This document shows, piece after piece, positions 11,994 to 24,424 of a stretch of DNA of 64,000 bases. Made by a program: the position numbers and the translations under genes. The DNA comes from Octopus bimaculoides. Taxonomy: Eukaryota. The notes beneath the pieces were generated by a model. The model was not told where the DNA came from. It saw nothing but the letters and a program-made list of their open reading frames with translations, and made no database searches. The stretch lies in contig NC_068981.1 in assembly GCF_001194135.2 (NCBI RefSeq), forward strand, positions 60,604,773-60,668,772, written 5' to 3'. Numbering within the stretch: position 1 is the first letter of the stretch; the number at the start of each line of letters is the position of its first letter.

Positions 11994-13719
11994 AATAGAT
12001 TAACAACTTTCCAAACCAATTCATAACAAATAACCATTGGGATAGCTGGTGTTTCTCAACCCATCCCCAGTTTCAAGGTTCTTTCCACAGAATATATCGA
12101 CAGGAAAACTATTCCTTTTGTACGTGCATTAAAATTCGTCCACTCCGCATGTCCTTCGCTGTGTAAGCATTAGATAGCTTGCTGACTGAATGACCCTTCA
12201 TATTCAGCATGCCTATGAAGCCTTTAATTATACTCAAATTTTGCGTACAATAGTGATATTTTTTCTCTACTGTGTGAAACAACACATTCTCTCAGTTCCT
12301 TTTTACATATATGGCTGTTTTTACAACAAAATGTAGATTGATAAAACGTACCTGTGATTAATTCCTCGTCTCATTTTAACTTAAATAGAGCTCTTGAGTT
12401 AAGAAGAGGACGTAAAACTTGTCCTTCGAACTGCAAGAAATAACAGCCAAATCTCTCAGAAAACACCTCCTATTCCCTGACAAAGGTGTAGTTCTATATA
12501 TACAATACTGCAGACTGGTAATAACTAAAACACTAATCGTCATATGTCTGCTTTATTAGAGCTGATCTCTGGATAAACAACACCAAAATAAAGAACACTG
12601 TAGCATAATATTTATAAAGGATTTATTTTTATCTTTTTCTTTTCGTAATTATTTCCTTATCTTTAGTCTAGCTTTCTTAGCATGTTTAAGCATTCCAGTT
12701 CTAATAGAGTTTGTTAAATACTAAAGATTACTGCCATCCACTCAGCTAAGTGACCATAAATCCAAATGAATATCTAGTTGAAGCTAAAATTTCATCGGAA
12801 CCTCACAGATTTTTTTTGTTACGTTACCTTAAATTTAAACATACAAACGCAGGAAGCGACATGTTTTATCTATTTTAAATTGACATCATTTGAAAATAGC
12901 TTGTTTGGAACATAATTATTTATTTAGAAGCCTAACTAAAACGCTGTTTTCATTTTGTCCGTCAAAATTCTTTGCGGATACAAAGTTACGTCTCTTCATT
13001 ATCTGAGTTTAAATCCAAATGAGATCAACTTTGCCTCTACAGCATATCACCTCTACGGCATATTTAAAATAAACAACCAGTTTGGTACAGGGTTTCATGG
13101 TCTTGAATCGTTCCCTTTCCCTCCTCTCGAATTTGCTGGCCTTGAAATTATAGAATTACTTTAAACAGTAACAACTATAAAACTTAATGAAGGCAAAAGT
13201 AAATCTCATTTGGAAGACATTTTCTTTGAAAAATCTTTATGCAAGAATATGACTAATAATCTTTCTTCTCTACTGCGTAGAATCAATTTGATAAATTTTG
13301 GATTTGTTTTTATTGTGCAAACCATGAAAAAGATAAAATTAACAATGACCAGAGAAGTCTATGAAAACATTGTTCCCATAACATTTGTGATTGTTTTTTG
13401 CATTGTAGGAATATATTGTAATTGCCATACGCTATCAATCAGTGTAAAGTACAATCCTTTGGTGTGTGATTATCACAATAGATTATTAAATCATTGTTCC
13501 CATTATACAATTTCAGCAATTGGTGATCAGTTAACCCTTACACAGGCAGAATTTAATTTATTGTTCTGATACTATTTTCTCACAAAAAATTATGTGTTGT
13601 GAAATATGGTAGTCATTTCCAGATAAAGGATTTGAAAGTAGTATATATCTCAAGCTGAGATTATAAAGAAAACAACCAGTTTTCCTCTTCTGTACATCTT
13701 TTAATATGTCATGTGTTCA

Positions 13720-13935
13720 GAAGGAGTGAGCTGGCAGAATCGTTTCGCGCCGGAGAAAATGCTAGGCATAATTTCCTCCGTCTTTATGTTCTGAATTCAA
13801 ATTCCGCCGAAGTTGACTTTGCATTTCATTCTTTCGGGCTCTATAACATAAGAACCAGTCGAGCACTGGGATCGATGAAGTCGATTGACTCACTCCACTG
13901 AAATTACTGGCCACGTGCTAGAATGTGAAATCAAT
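13720..13935 (+). mobile_element. tRNA-headed SINE family A, near full length
   Basis: gagctggcagaatcg (A-box-like), gttctgaattcaaattcc (B-box-like), then gttgactttgcatttcattctttcggg..gcactgggatcgatgaagtcgatt; homologous copies at 11430, 20459, 34415-35335, 36015 and 60935. Confidence 0.8.
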
Positions 13936-14293
13936 ATGTTATACCTTCAAGAAATTCTAGTTGAAGATCTGAAAGAACAATCGTGATAGTCCAGGCAAGT
14001 GTATTTTGTATGAAACTTTTGAAAAATATCATAACAATTCTAACTATAAAGTAATGAACATGACATTAGGAGATTTAAAAGGAAATAGACCAATTTGCCT
14101 CTTCATTATATTTTTTAGTGCAAAGAAAATAGTCACATTTTTTTTTTAAATGGAAATAAAAACAAAAATGGTTTATTTGTGCTCAAAAGCATTCACAGCA
14201 GAATAAGTGTCGACTATAACTTCAGATTGACACTGAGCTCGCAAAGATGCGTTCTTAATTTAGCTAAGAATCTTGCTCACCCCAAATACTCAC

Positions 14294-14347
14294 CGTTAGC
14301 AGCTTCTGGTTGAGCATGTTGAAAAGGCGATGATTGAACGCATAGAA
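14294..14347 (-). CDS. Candidate 54-nt phase-0 internal exon (FYAFNHRLFNMLNQKLLT), unassigned
   Basis: Acceptor ttatattcag|, consensus donor ACG|GTGAGT, length a multiple of 3, open frame. Confidence 0.35.
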
Positions 14348-14354
14348 CTGAATA

Positions 14355-14750
14355 TAATTCATTATTTTTATAACTTGTTCTAATATATATGACAGAACCA
14401 AATTTTTCTAGCAAGTGTCTACTGATGAATAATGCGATGACATAAAAGTAATGAAACACTATGCGTTTTGTATATTTCATGTTGCCACAAAGTTTGTAGA
14501 GTTGTTCAAAAAAGCCTTTCTCTGCACTACATATCTTACCAACAACAGATTCATTGTTTTTTTTCTTGTTTTTTTGTCATGACTGGTTCTAATACACATA
14601 ACAGATCTAAATGTTTCTAGCAAGTGCCTGCTGATGACTGATGCAATGAAATAAAGCAATAAAACACTACACGTTTTGTACATAGCATACTGCCACAGAT
14701 TTTGTAGACTTGCCCAACAAAACCTTACTCTACACTTCATATTTTACCAA
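14355..14750. repeat. Diverged ~200-bp tandem duplication
   Basis: Two copies of gttctaata..tttctagcaagtg..ctgatga..aacact..cgttttgta..tgccaca..tttgtaga..ttaccaac at about 14375-14545 and 14585-14750. Confidence 0.8.
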
Positions 14751-15407
14751 CTGCTGTGTTAATACATTTTTGACATTTCCAAACCCGATTGTATTTAATA
14801 AATATTTCCTCTTCCCCACCTTTTAAAAGTGGTTTTCACCGGTATTTCTTCAGAAGTTAGCATTAATTTCCCGAAAGAACAATAGCAACACCGAATTGTC
14901 AGAAACATCTGTCGACTCAAGATCCGGAAACATGCAAATGAAAATAACATTCCTTAATAACTGGCGCAGGATGTTGCCTCCTATTTCTTCGACACCCCTA
15001 AATAGCATTTTAGCTGAAAGACCAATATTCTTGAATAAATCAATTTTTCTGGATATATTTCTGCAGCTGCAGGTATCAATACAATTTTGATTAATTTACT
15101 GTGAGTAATTAGTTTCTTATTTAACGCATTAGTTATTCTCAAAATAGGTTTAATTACATCTTCATTATTTACATGTATCTTAGTGAAAACAAGTATTCCA
15201 AGGAAATATTGTTTCCAGCTTTTGTATTAGTTATACCGCAGCTTTCCGCTAAGAAGAAAACATTGTGATGAATACTTTGCTTGATATTTTCTATAAAATT
15301 TATATTCCTTTAACGCTACAATATTCTCACAGCGTTTTACATAAAATACATCATTAAAACCTCATCCTAAATTTTTTGTTCACGACGTTATAGTCCATAT
15401 GTTGCAG

Positions 15408-15484
<77 letters not shown>

Positions 15485-17585
15485 CATACATGTAGAAATA
15501 CTTATGACTCTGCAGACACTCTGATAATTTAGAAAACTTTAACCTATTTCTCACCTAGAAAACCCAATCTTTCCCTTATTTGCATCCAACAGTTCCTGTT
15601 CCAAACGGCTTACCAATCTATGAATCTCTAGTAAACCGAATGTGCTGCTGTCATGATCTATTATGAAAAGATAATCAGCTGACGGATACAGTTCATCTAG
15701 CTATGTACCTCATCCTCTTTTTCATAATTAGAGACATAGCTTCGATCCTAATGCAGCACAGCTGCAGGAAAGTGCCAAACCTCTCTAGAAATATACACTT
15801 AGCTCCACAAAATGTACTTACCACAACCTAGAGGCAATGCCTTCCCCATCATTTATCAGTTGTTCTGATAATCCACAATTTCCTCGATAAAGAAGACTTA
15901 AGACCAAAGTCACTTAATCTCCAAAAGGTAAGACTAAAAAAAATCTACGTGTTTCATGACTCATATTTCCTTTTTAAAAATGACAAAGTGTGAATAAAAA
16001 ATGATTTGGATACTATTCTGTAAAAGCTACGATTCGTAAAATCTATGTCGCTAGTATTGCTTATCCTCAAAACAACTCATAGAAGAAATCTAACCTAAGG
16101 GATTCCCGTATTGTCTAACGATACGTGAGACTATATTATATAAAGAGACATTTTCTTTTTTAATGTTGATGGATCGTATATATAGATATACACGTTCTTA
16201 TTTTCATTAACTCGCACGGCTTAATGGAATTCCGCGGGAATTTAAAACAAGACATGAACAGTCACATTAATAAAAGACTTTAGTTGAAAGTTATAATATC
16301 TCTATCAAACAACAACCTTGTTGGAAATTATTAAGCTCAATTGATGGTATTAGCTATTTGATTCGTCGGAGACACTAAGTCACATACTGATGAGTAACAT
16401 AATCCGTTTTCTCACATTTTGTTGTCTTTGCTTTCAGTGTAGTTGCTCTCATGTTAGTTCACTTGATTATATTGATGTCAAGGATTAATGTGTTAGAATC
16501 ATTAATGCGTCGTATTGACTCGTTTATTTTCTTATGAAACAAAGAGCACGAAAAATTTTGTACACCCATTATCTTTCATATACATTAACAGATGAGAAAA
16601 TAATGAGAAACAACCAAAGTATGAGGCTAAATAAATAAAATCCTCTTTACGTCAGTTTTATTTGCTGGAAATAACTAACTTGTCTCTATCGAAACATCCC
16701 AATATAAATAGAAACCAATTCTCATTCTAAACCACACAGTGCTGGCTGTCCTTGGAAAGGGAAGAACACATTGGAGGATATAATATTACATCGCCTAAAC
16801 AGTGGAATGGTTATGATTCGAATATATCTACTCATAGATCTGCTCAGTCAGGTTTGACCGCGCAATAAAAACAAAAAACGGCAAGAAATTACATCTTTGA
16901 ACTACGATATGGATATCACATTTGGAACAGACTGATATCCGATATGATGTGTGTTTAGATCTTTATATATACACAGGACCAAGGGCAAGACTAGACCTAC
17001 TAAATTTCTTTCTAATGCAAGAACACTTTCTTATCTTTTGGGCTAACAGCGAAACATTTAAGTTTTAAAATTTTACACAAAAACACACAAGGAAATGCAT
17101 ACACTATGCATTGCAAATCCACATGCATATAATATACATATGCATACGCACACGAATACGTACATATATACTGGTCCCGAGGAAACTTTAAAGGCCTTGA
17201 ACTATATTTAAAATCTGTATGAAAAGCTTCGTTGTAGTCAGTATTCTCCTGCTGTTTATCGCTATAAGTAGTGACATTTTTGTAAATAAATTTAAGGCGT
17301 AAAACCAATGTCTTCAAGCCAGATCTGACAAGTGTCACATCCCTATGGTTATATTTACGTATTAGTAATCACAGAACGGAATATTTCACAGAAATATCTA
17401 TGAATAACACTTCTTTCAGTCATATATATTATGAATATATACTTAGATATATGTGTGTGTTTGCATGTTTGCGAAACGCGCGCGCACACACACACACACA
17501 CATGTATGTATGTGTGTGTATGTGTGCGCGTGTGGTTATATATTAATGTATATTTGTAAATGTACGAACAAATATCAATTATCTT

Positions 17586-17637
17586 CATCATCGTCGTCGT
17601 CATCATCATCATCATCATCATCATCATNNNNNNNNNN

Positions 17638-17682
<45 letters not shown>

Positions 17683-17830
17683 ATGTTCCTCTTCTATGAT
17701 GGCATGTTTTACGCTCTTCTGCATGTTAATCGTCTTTATCATCTACGTTTGAAGGTCCAGCTGTACGTGATCAGATACCACCCATTTTCTCTGCACCTTC
17801 TTTTTCTACTTATATAATTCCTTCTCTCAG
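17586..17830 (-). mobile_element. (CAT)n array followed by a probable RTE-type 3' end
   Basis: (GAT)n tail on the minus strand followed by sequence resembling the 32641 copy; homology weak. Confidence 0.45.
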
Positions 17831-19244
17831 TTGGGGGCATACAACACATTTTCAAACAGCAATCATTGTCTAAACTTATTACGTGTTGGAAACGATTCAT
17901 GGATATTGAGTTTCTACATTATAACATATGCGTCTATATCCAGCTGCACTCCTAACTTAAAACTGCTATGTTGCTTATGCTAGTTAATATTGGACCGCAA
18001 GTATTTCGTTTTCCATCATTGTATACCGATTTTCGACTCATTAGAAACAGCAGTGATATTGCTCGAAAATATCGCTATACGTCTTGAGAAAAAGAAAGAC
18101 GAACATAGTTTTAAATACAACACATTTAAAAAGAAGTAGAGAATTTTATAGCTGGAAGGCATTTGATCATAAGATTACACGATTATAGCAGATTAGATGT
18201 AAAAACAATAAGGAGCATATTGCATATCATTGTATAAACGTGTGTAGTGTATTGATCGCAAACAGAACAAGAATTAGATCACGCAACATTTCGTAACTTA
18301 AAAAAAACGTGTTTACACTTGTTTCGAACTATTTTAAAAAGAAAATTCAGCATTTATGCTAAAACACGCTACTGAATCGATAGAGAATTTTACGGAAATA
18401 ATTAAATGGGTGCATCTTATGCATGCTATTTGTAGTGGTAAATTCTTTGACTCGGTCTCTGCTGGTCAACTTAATGTCCGTTTGTACATTTTGCATAATC
18501 CATCAATATACAATATTGATTTCTATTTATCTTTCAGTACATACTGTTTAACGTCAGCATTTCATAGAATATTATTTAAGGCGAGCTCCACATACAGTAC
18601 CATACCTCGCTCTTCCTTACACATTTGCACTCATTCATTTGTAAAACAACTGCAATTGCCATGAGTTCTGACTTCACAAATTCATTTCAATAAGTATAAC
18701 AGAGCCCATTCTGATGTGTTTATATAGCAATGTGATATACTAAAGCACAATCGCTATACAAAACCAAGATAAAATCTTTTGCATAAACAATACTCGGCTA
18801 AAGGTGCATTGTCACATCAAATCTCAGCATGGTCAAGATATCTCATTATCACTTGTAGCAATACACACAGAGACACGCCCATACACACACACACATGCAC
18901 ACACACACAAACACACACATATACTATACTACAATATAATAGTATTTATTACAAGTTACGTTTGTAGCTGCATGTAAATTATTCTCATCCAATGGGCTAT
19001 TTATGCATATAGTAGTTTTCTTACTTGTATACCTTGTAGTATTACTGGTTATGATATACAGAACAAACTTAGGAAGAATTATGATTATCAAATGTATACA
19101 TCACTTGTTCTTAACGCACTTTTCACCATTGGGATAGATTAAAACTCTGTTTTCGACGTATAATCTGCTTAACCATAAGAGATTATGAGAGTAAAATTCT
19201 AATGAATTATGTTACAGTATACGTCGTATATATATATATACATA

Positions 19245-19344
<100 letters not shown>

Positions 19345-19486
19345 TATTTAGTGTATACTTTCAACTTTCATATTTGAATTTTTGCGTTTCAATAAGTTTT
19401 CTCTGATTTTCCTCATTCTTGAATTTGATGGACATATTGGTGGTACGTAAGCCGACTCAAGAAAGCACAAGTGAGACTTTTTATTG

Positions 19487-19530
19487 ATGTACCTGAAAAG
19501 ACCCAGAACGGGTCGAAACATGTGTTGTAC
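19487..19530 (+). ncRNA. Minimal type-I hammerhead-ribozyme-like motif (G8A variant)
   Basis: GTAC-CTGAAAA-GACCC-agaac-GGGTC-GAAAC-atgt-GTT-GTAC: 5-bp stem II, 4-bp stem I, one core mismatch. Confidence 0.55.
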
Positions 19531-19538
19531 CCAATAAA

Positions 19539-19640
19539 GTCTATTACACATTTCATCTCCTATTATACTAACACTATATATATATATATATATATTCATA
19601 TATAGTGTTAGTATAATAGGAGATGAAATGTGTAATAGAC
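19539..19640. repeat. Perfect 42-bp inverted repeat around a (TA)n loop
   Basis: 19539-19580 gtctattacacatttcatctcctattatactaacactatata is the exact reverse complement of 19599-19640. Confidence 0.95.
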
Positions 19641-19657
19641 ATCACGCTCGAGCTGTC

Positions 19658-19706
19658 TTAACTGATGAGGCAACGGAAATTGCCAAAAGTAACGCTTCAG
19701 TATTAA
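19658..19706 (+). ncRNA. Second hammerhead-like motif (G12A variant)
   Basis: CTGATGA-GGCAA-cggaaa-TTGCC-AAAAG: exact CUGAUGA and 5-bp stem II, but GAAA reads AAAA; stems I and III are weak. Confidence 0.45.
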
Positions 19707-20010
19707 ACATTTTCCAACGACACTTTTTGGACGATTATAATCCCTGTTATTGAATATGTTTTCTATAAGGTGCTTTAGCTACAGCATTGGAGCAGTTTAC
19801 CTCTTATTTCTAGCAATGTATCTGTTTCCTAATACCCTAGTCGCACTTAGCGNNNNNNNNNNGTGTGTGTGTGTGTGTATGTATGTATGTTTGTATGTAT
19901 CAGATTCAAAAGCACCTATGTGATACTACTACGACTACTACCACTGCTACTGCTGTCTCTAGAACAACTGCGAGTAGTACTAATAATTCTGCTTCTACAT
20001 CTTCAACTAA

Positions 20011-20381
20011 TGCTTTCTAATTGATGTATCAATACCAGCAGATTACAACGTTTCCCCAAAAGAAATGGAGACACTTTCAAAATACAAAGACCTGGAAACA
20101 GAGATAACTCGAATGTAGAATCTAAAAACAGAAACAATTCCTATCATAGTAGGTGCCTTAGGTATAATAAAAAAATATTCAGACAAATATATAACAAAAC
20201 ACCAGGACTCACACATATATATAACATATAGAAAATTGCACTATTGGGCACTGCACACATCGTACGCAAGACACTTTCGATACAGTAACCATAAGAGCAT
20301 CACAGCAAACCACAGCACATACCCAAAGCACACACAGCTGCGCTCGGTAGTGAAGTGAAAGCACATTATAAAAAGAAACTA

Positions 20382-20458
<77 letters not shown>
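20011..20458 (+). mobile_element. R4/Dong-type 3' end with (TAA)n tail
   Basis: CFLIDVSIPADYNVSPKEMETLSKYKDLETEITRM*NLKTETIPIIVGALG..IALLGTAHIVRKTLSIQ*, then a 3' UTR shared with copy D, then (AAT)n 20385-20458. Confidence 0.9.
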
Positions 20459-20459
<1 letters not shown>

Positions 20460-20660
20460 CTTTTCGATTAGGCCTGAAATTTGAGCGGGGAATGTAAGTC
20501 AAATACATCGACCCAAGTGCGTAACGTGTGCCTAATTTATCGACCCCGAAAGTTTGAAAGCAAAGTCGGCTTGGTGGAATTTTAACTCAGAACGTAGTGA
20601 TGTGCCAAATACTACTAAGCATTTCGTCCAGCGTACTAACGATTCTGCAAGCTTGTGGAC
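20459..20660 (-). mobile_element. tRNA-headed SINE family A between two (TAA)n arrays
   Basis: Reverse complement of the 13720 copy: aggcctgaaattt..tacatcgacccaagtg..ttatcgaccccgaaag..aactcagaacgta..aacgattctgcaagct. Confidence 0.8.
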
Positions 20661-20661
20661 G

Positions 20662-20747
<86 letters not shown>

Positions 20748-20750
20748 GTA

Positions 20751-20818
<68 letters not shown>

Positions 20819-21942
20819 CATAATAATAAAGTCGCTTCATAGTAAATACTGGGCTAAACTAAATGCAAAAGAAATAGACAGAGAAAAATCCCAGCAATGG
20901 TTGAGANNNNNNNNNNNNNNNNNNNNNNNNNNNNNNNNNNNNNNNNNNNNNNNNNNNNNNNNNNNNNNNNNNNNNNNNNNNNNNNNNNNNNNNNNNNNNN
21001 NNNNNNNNNNNNNNNNNNNNNNNNNNNNNNNNNNNNNNNNNNNNNNNNNNNNNNNNNNNNNNNNNNNNNNNNNNNNNNNNNNNNNNNNNNNNNNNNNNNN
21101 NNNNNNNNNNNNNNNNNNNNNNNNNNNNNNNNNNNNNNNNNNNNNNNNNNNNNNNNNNNNNNNNNNNNNNNNNNNNNNNNNNNNNNNNNNNNNNNNNNNN
21201 NNNNNNNNNNNNNNNNNNNNNNNNNNNNNNNNNNNNNNNNNNNNNNNNNNNNNNNNNNNNNNNNNNNNNNNNNNNNNNNNNNNNNNNNNNNNNNNNNNNN
21301 NNNNNNNNNNNNNNNNNNNNNNNNNNNNNNNNNNNNNNNNNNNNNNNNNNNNNNNNNNNNNNNNNNNNNNNNNNNNNNNNNNNNNNNNNNNNNNNNNNNN
21401 NNNNNNNNNNNNNNNNNNNNNNNNNNNNNNNNNNNNNNNNNNNNNNNNNNNNNNNNNNNNNNNNNNNNNNNNNNNNNNNNNNNNNNNNNNNNNNNNNNNN
21501 NNNNNNNNNNNNNNNNNNNNNNNNNNNNNNNNNNNNNNNNNNNNNNNNNNNNNNNNNNNNNNNNNNNNNNNNNNNNNNNNNNNNNNNNNNNNNNNNNNNN
21601 NNNNNNNNNNNNNNNNNNNNNNNNNNNNNNNNNNNNNNNNNNNNNNNNNNNNNNNNNNNNNNNNNNNNNNNNNNNNNNNNNNNNNNNNNNNNNNNNNNNN
21701 NNNNNNNNNNNNNNNNNNNNNNNNNNNNNNNNNNNNNNNNNNNNNNNNNNNNNNNNNNNNNNNNNNNNNNNNNNNNNNNNNNNNNNNNNNNNNNNNNNNN
21801 NNNNNNNNNNNNNNNNNNNNNNNNNNNNNNNNNNNNNNNNNNNNNNNNNNNNNNNNNNNNNNNNNCAAACCACAGCTCATACCCAAGACATACAGAGCTG
21901 CGCTCGGTAGTGAAGTGAAAGCACGCTATAAAAATAAAACTA

Positions 21943-22020
<78 letters not shown>

Positions 22021-22026
22021 TATAAT
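20662..22026 (+). mobile_element. 5'-truncated R4/Dong-type copy within a (TAA)n array (interior in gap)
   Basis: (TAA)n 20662-20829, KSLHSKYWAKLNAKEIDREKSQQWLR (cf. KALHGRF in copy B), gap 20907-21865, shared 3' UTR 21866-21945, (TAA)n 21946-22026. Confidence 0.8.
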
Positions 22027-23343
22027 ATTGTAGCGTGTGTTGATTTTGTTGCTGCCAACTTGACGTCTACTCAACTTAAATTATAGGTCCTCGCTCTTTC
22101 GCATCTGTAATCCCTTAGTAATTCCTGGAGACTGCTACGGAGAATGATTTCTCAACAGAAGTGCTGTGGTATGAAACACTCTCGTTATCCGCAGCAGTCA
22201 TATTACAGAAATATATGTGTGTGGGAGCATGTGCAGGTGTGTTCTTGTTAGTATGTGCGTGGGCGTGTATGTTTATACATGTATACTTATACATACATAT
22301 ATATATTCATATACGAATGTGTAAATGACTTCAAACACTAATTAGATTTTTGATTTACTGAATAATTTACGTCAACCTACACATACTCTATAAAGTAAAG
22401 TAGATTATAATAGTTTCATTCTAAAGATTACACAACTTGCAAAATTACCATGTCTAAAAGTTACGAAATGTTAATCTGCATGCTAACAGAGAAAGCTCCA
22501 AACATATTTTAAGCCGTTTAATCTATGAAACTTGTGATTAAACTAAAGATAATTACCTCCCTCAAGTCTGATATTTTTCTTTCTAGCGACAAACAGACTG
22601 AGAATACATGAACTTATTATTTAATAGTATTAAGCTTATAATAATAGTTCTTTTTACATTCCCTTTATTTTGTCTTAATTTATTTCAATATATTTTTGTA
22701 AATGTTCAAATAGAAAATTTCATTGTCACAGATTTCCCACATATTTTTTAAAAATATTTTTAAACAATATTCCAATCTGCATGTTTGTGAACAATAATAA
22801 CTTTAATAAATTGGAAATTAACGTTATTTTGATGCATTCACATCATTTACTATATAGTTTTTGCTGTCATGTTTCTAATTTTGTGATTTATAAATCTTCT
22901 TTCTCTGACAATCAATTGTAAACACGCAAGTTTACTACTTTGAATGATTTGAAAGATGAAAATTATTTTCTGTTAAGTAAATATTTTCTAGAATTTCCGA
23001 TTCATTATGAAATTATTTTCCTTATTATTGCTATTATTCAAATCGGTGTATTTCGAAGAGAATTAGTTGTGTTTAACATATTGTACTCTTTTACTCCCGG
23101 AACAACCATCTTGTCATAACATACATCGAATTAGCTAAATGGGAAAATATTCTTACTTCCATCTTGTATTGCAACTCAGTTTATTGTATCCATTATCCTT
23201 TATAGCTTATGCATATTAAAAAAAAAGAGAAAATAGAACTCTAATTTTATTTTTGAATTTACCGCCACATCGTAATTATCCTGTTATTATCTAACATGAT
23301 TTAAATCTACTCGATGTAAAAGACTTTTGTACTTCTGGAAGGT

Positions 23344-23420
23344 CTAAGATACCGTTAATTTAAAATACCGTTTAAAATACCGTTAATTTAAAATACCGTC
23401 AATCTAAAATCCCGTTAAAT
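23344..23420. repeat. Short minisatellite of about 16-bp units (AAAATACCGTTAATTT-like)
   Basis: About five imperfect copies of taccgtt..aaaa visible. Confidence 0.8.
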
Positions 23421-23459
23421 GCATTACATTTAAAAAATCATACTGTATATATTTATAAC

Positions 23460-24420
23460 AGACGGTCAGACATCCATGGCTGAGCAGAGCATCATCCCTG
23501 TATAGATCTCCGGATAGGTTAGGGAAGTGCTGGTTTATCTGATAAAGAAGGAGCCAAGTAGGTGAAGGAACCCATGGTTATATCGAAGAGATCTATAGAG
23601 GAATTACGGGACCACGACCGTTGAAGGTACCCTGAAGGGCCCCCATAAGTTCTTTTCAATTATATTCTTTGTCTCTTTTTTAGATGTGATTCTTCTTAGA
23701 TGCAAACCTATATTACCCTTGCCATAAATCGAATGAGTTGTTATCAATGTCCCATCTAATCAACTTAGATTTGCCCTTAACCGCCACATCTCGTGTTTCT
23801 ATCGGGATTTCTAACCTATCAGTTAAGGAAGATATCTTTAATAATCTTGTACCGTACAGCAACCAGGTTTTCCCCGGTAGCAGCTATTGTGAGATGATCT
23901 CCTATATTCTCCATACTAGTCTACAAACAAAACTCGTACTTCCCTTTCTCAGTGCGGAATCTAAGCCCACCAAGTTTGCCTCTACTCTTACACATCCTGC
24001 CACCCTGCCACATAATTCCTCTTCGGCCAGTACTCGCTTGATATTCCGACCACTTCGGTTGTTTAATAATTTCCAACTTCCCCAGGGTAGCCGGTCTGTC
24101 ACTACGCCGCATTCTAAGCCCTCCAAGGGCAGAAAACTGAAAATCTTATTGTTTGCGCCAAGATTCTATCGCCAGGTTAAATCTTTAGCCAAGCTATTTT
24201 TCAAAATCCTAAGCTCTAATTTACTACCACACCATACATATTACTCTTAAATAAATCTTTAAGTAAAATCTATTTTACTACAGCACCAAATATGGGATCT
24301 ATAATTGCCTCTACTAAGCGCAAATTTAGCCGCCTTACTGTGGGCTCTACCCCCAGATACTAATACAATGAGCTTCGTGAAACCTACCAAGCTCAATAAT
24401 AGCAACCCTGGGAACCCTGT
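23460..24420 (-). mobile_element. Heavily decayed non-LTR retrotransposon fragment, possibly R2/NeSL-like
   Basis: GC-richer block; YLGV-like motif, then KWSEYQASTGRRGIMW and RVEANLVGLDSALRKGSTSFVCRL..DHL, loosely like the RLE-clade region leading into the knuckle. Many stops and frameshifts. Confidence 0.4.
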
Positions 24421-24424
24421 GTGC

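Noticed and set aside
17220-17303. MKSFVVVSILLLFIAISSDIF.. signal-peptide-like mini ORF
   Set aside because: 27 codons, no convincing splice donor, adjacent to microsatellites; likely chance.
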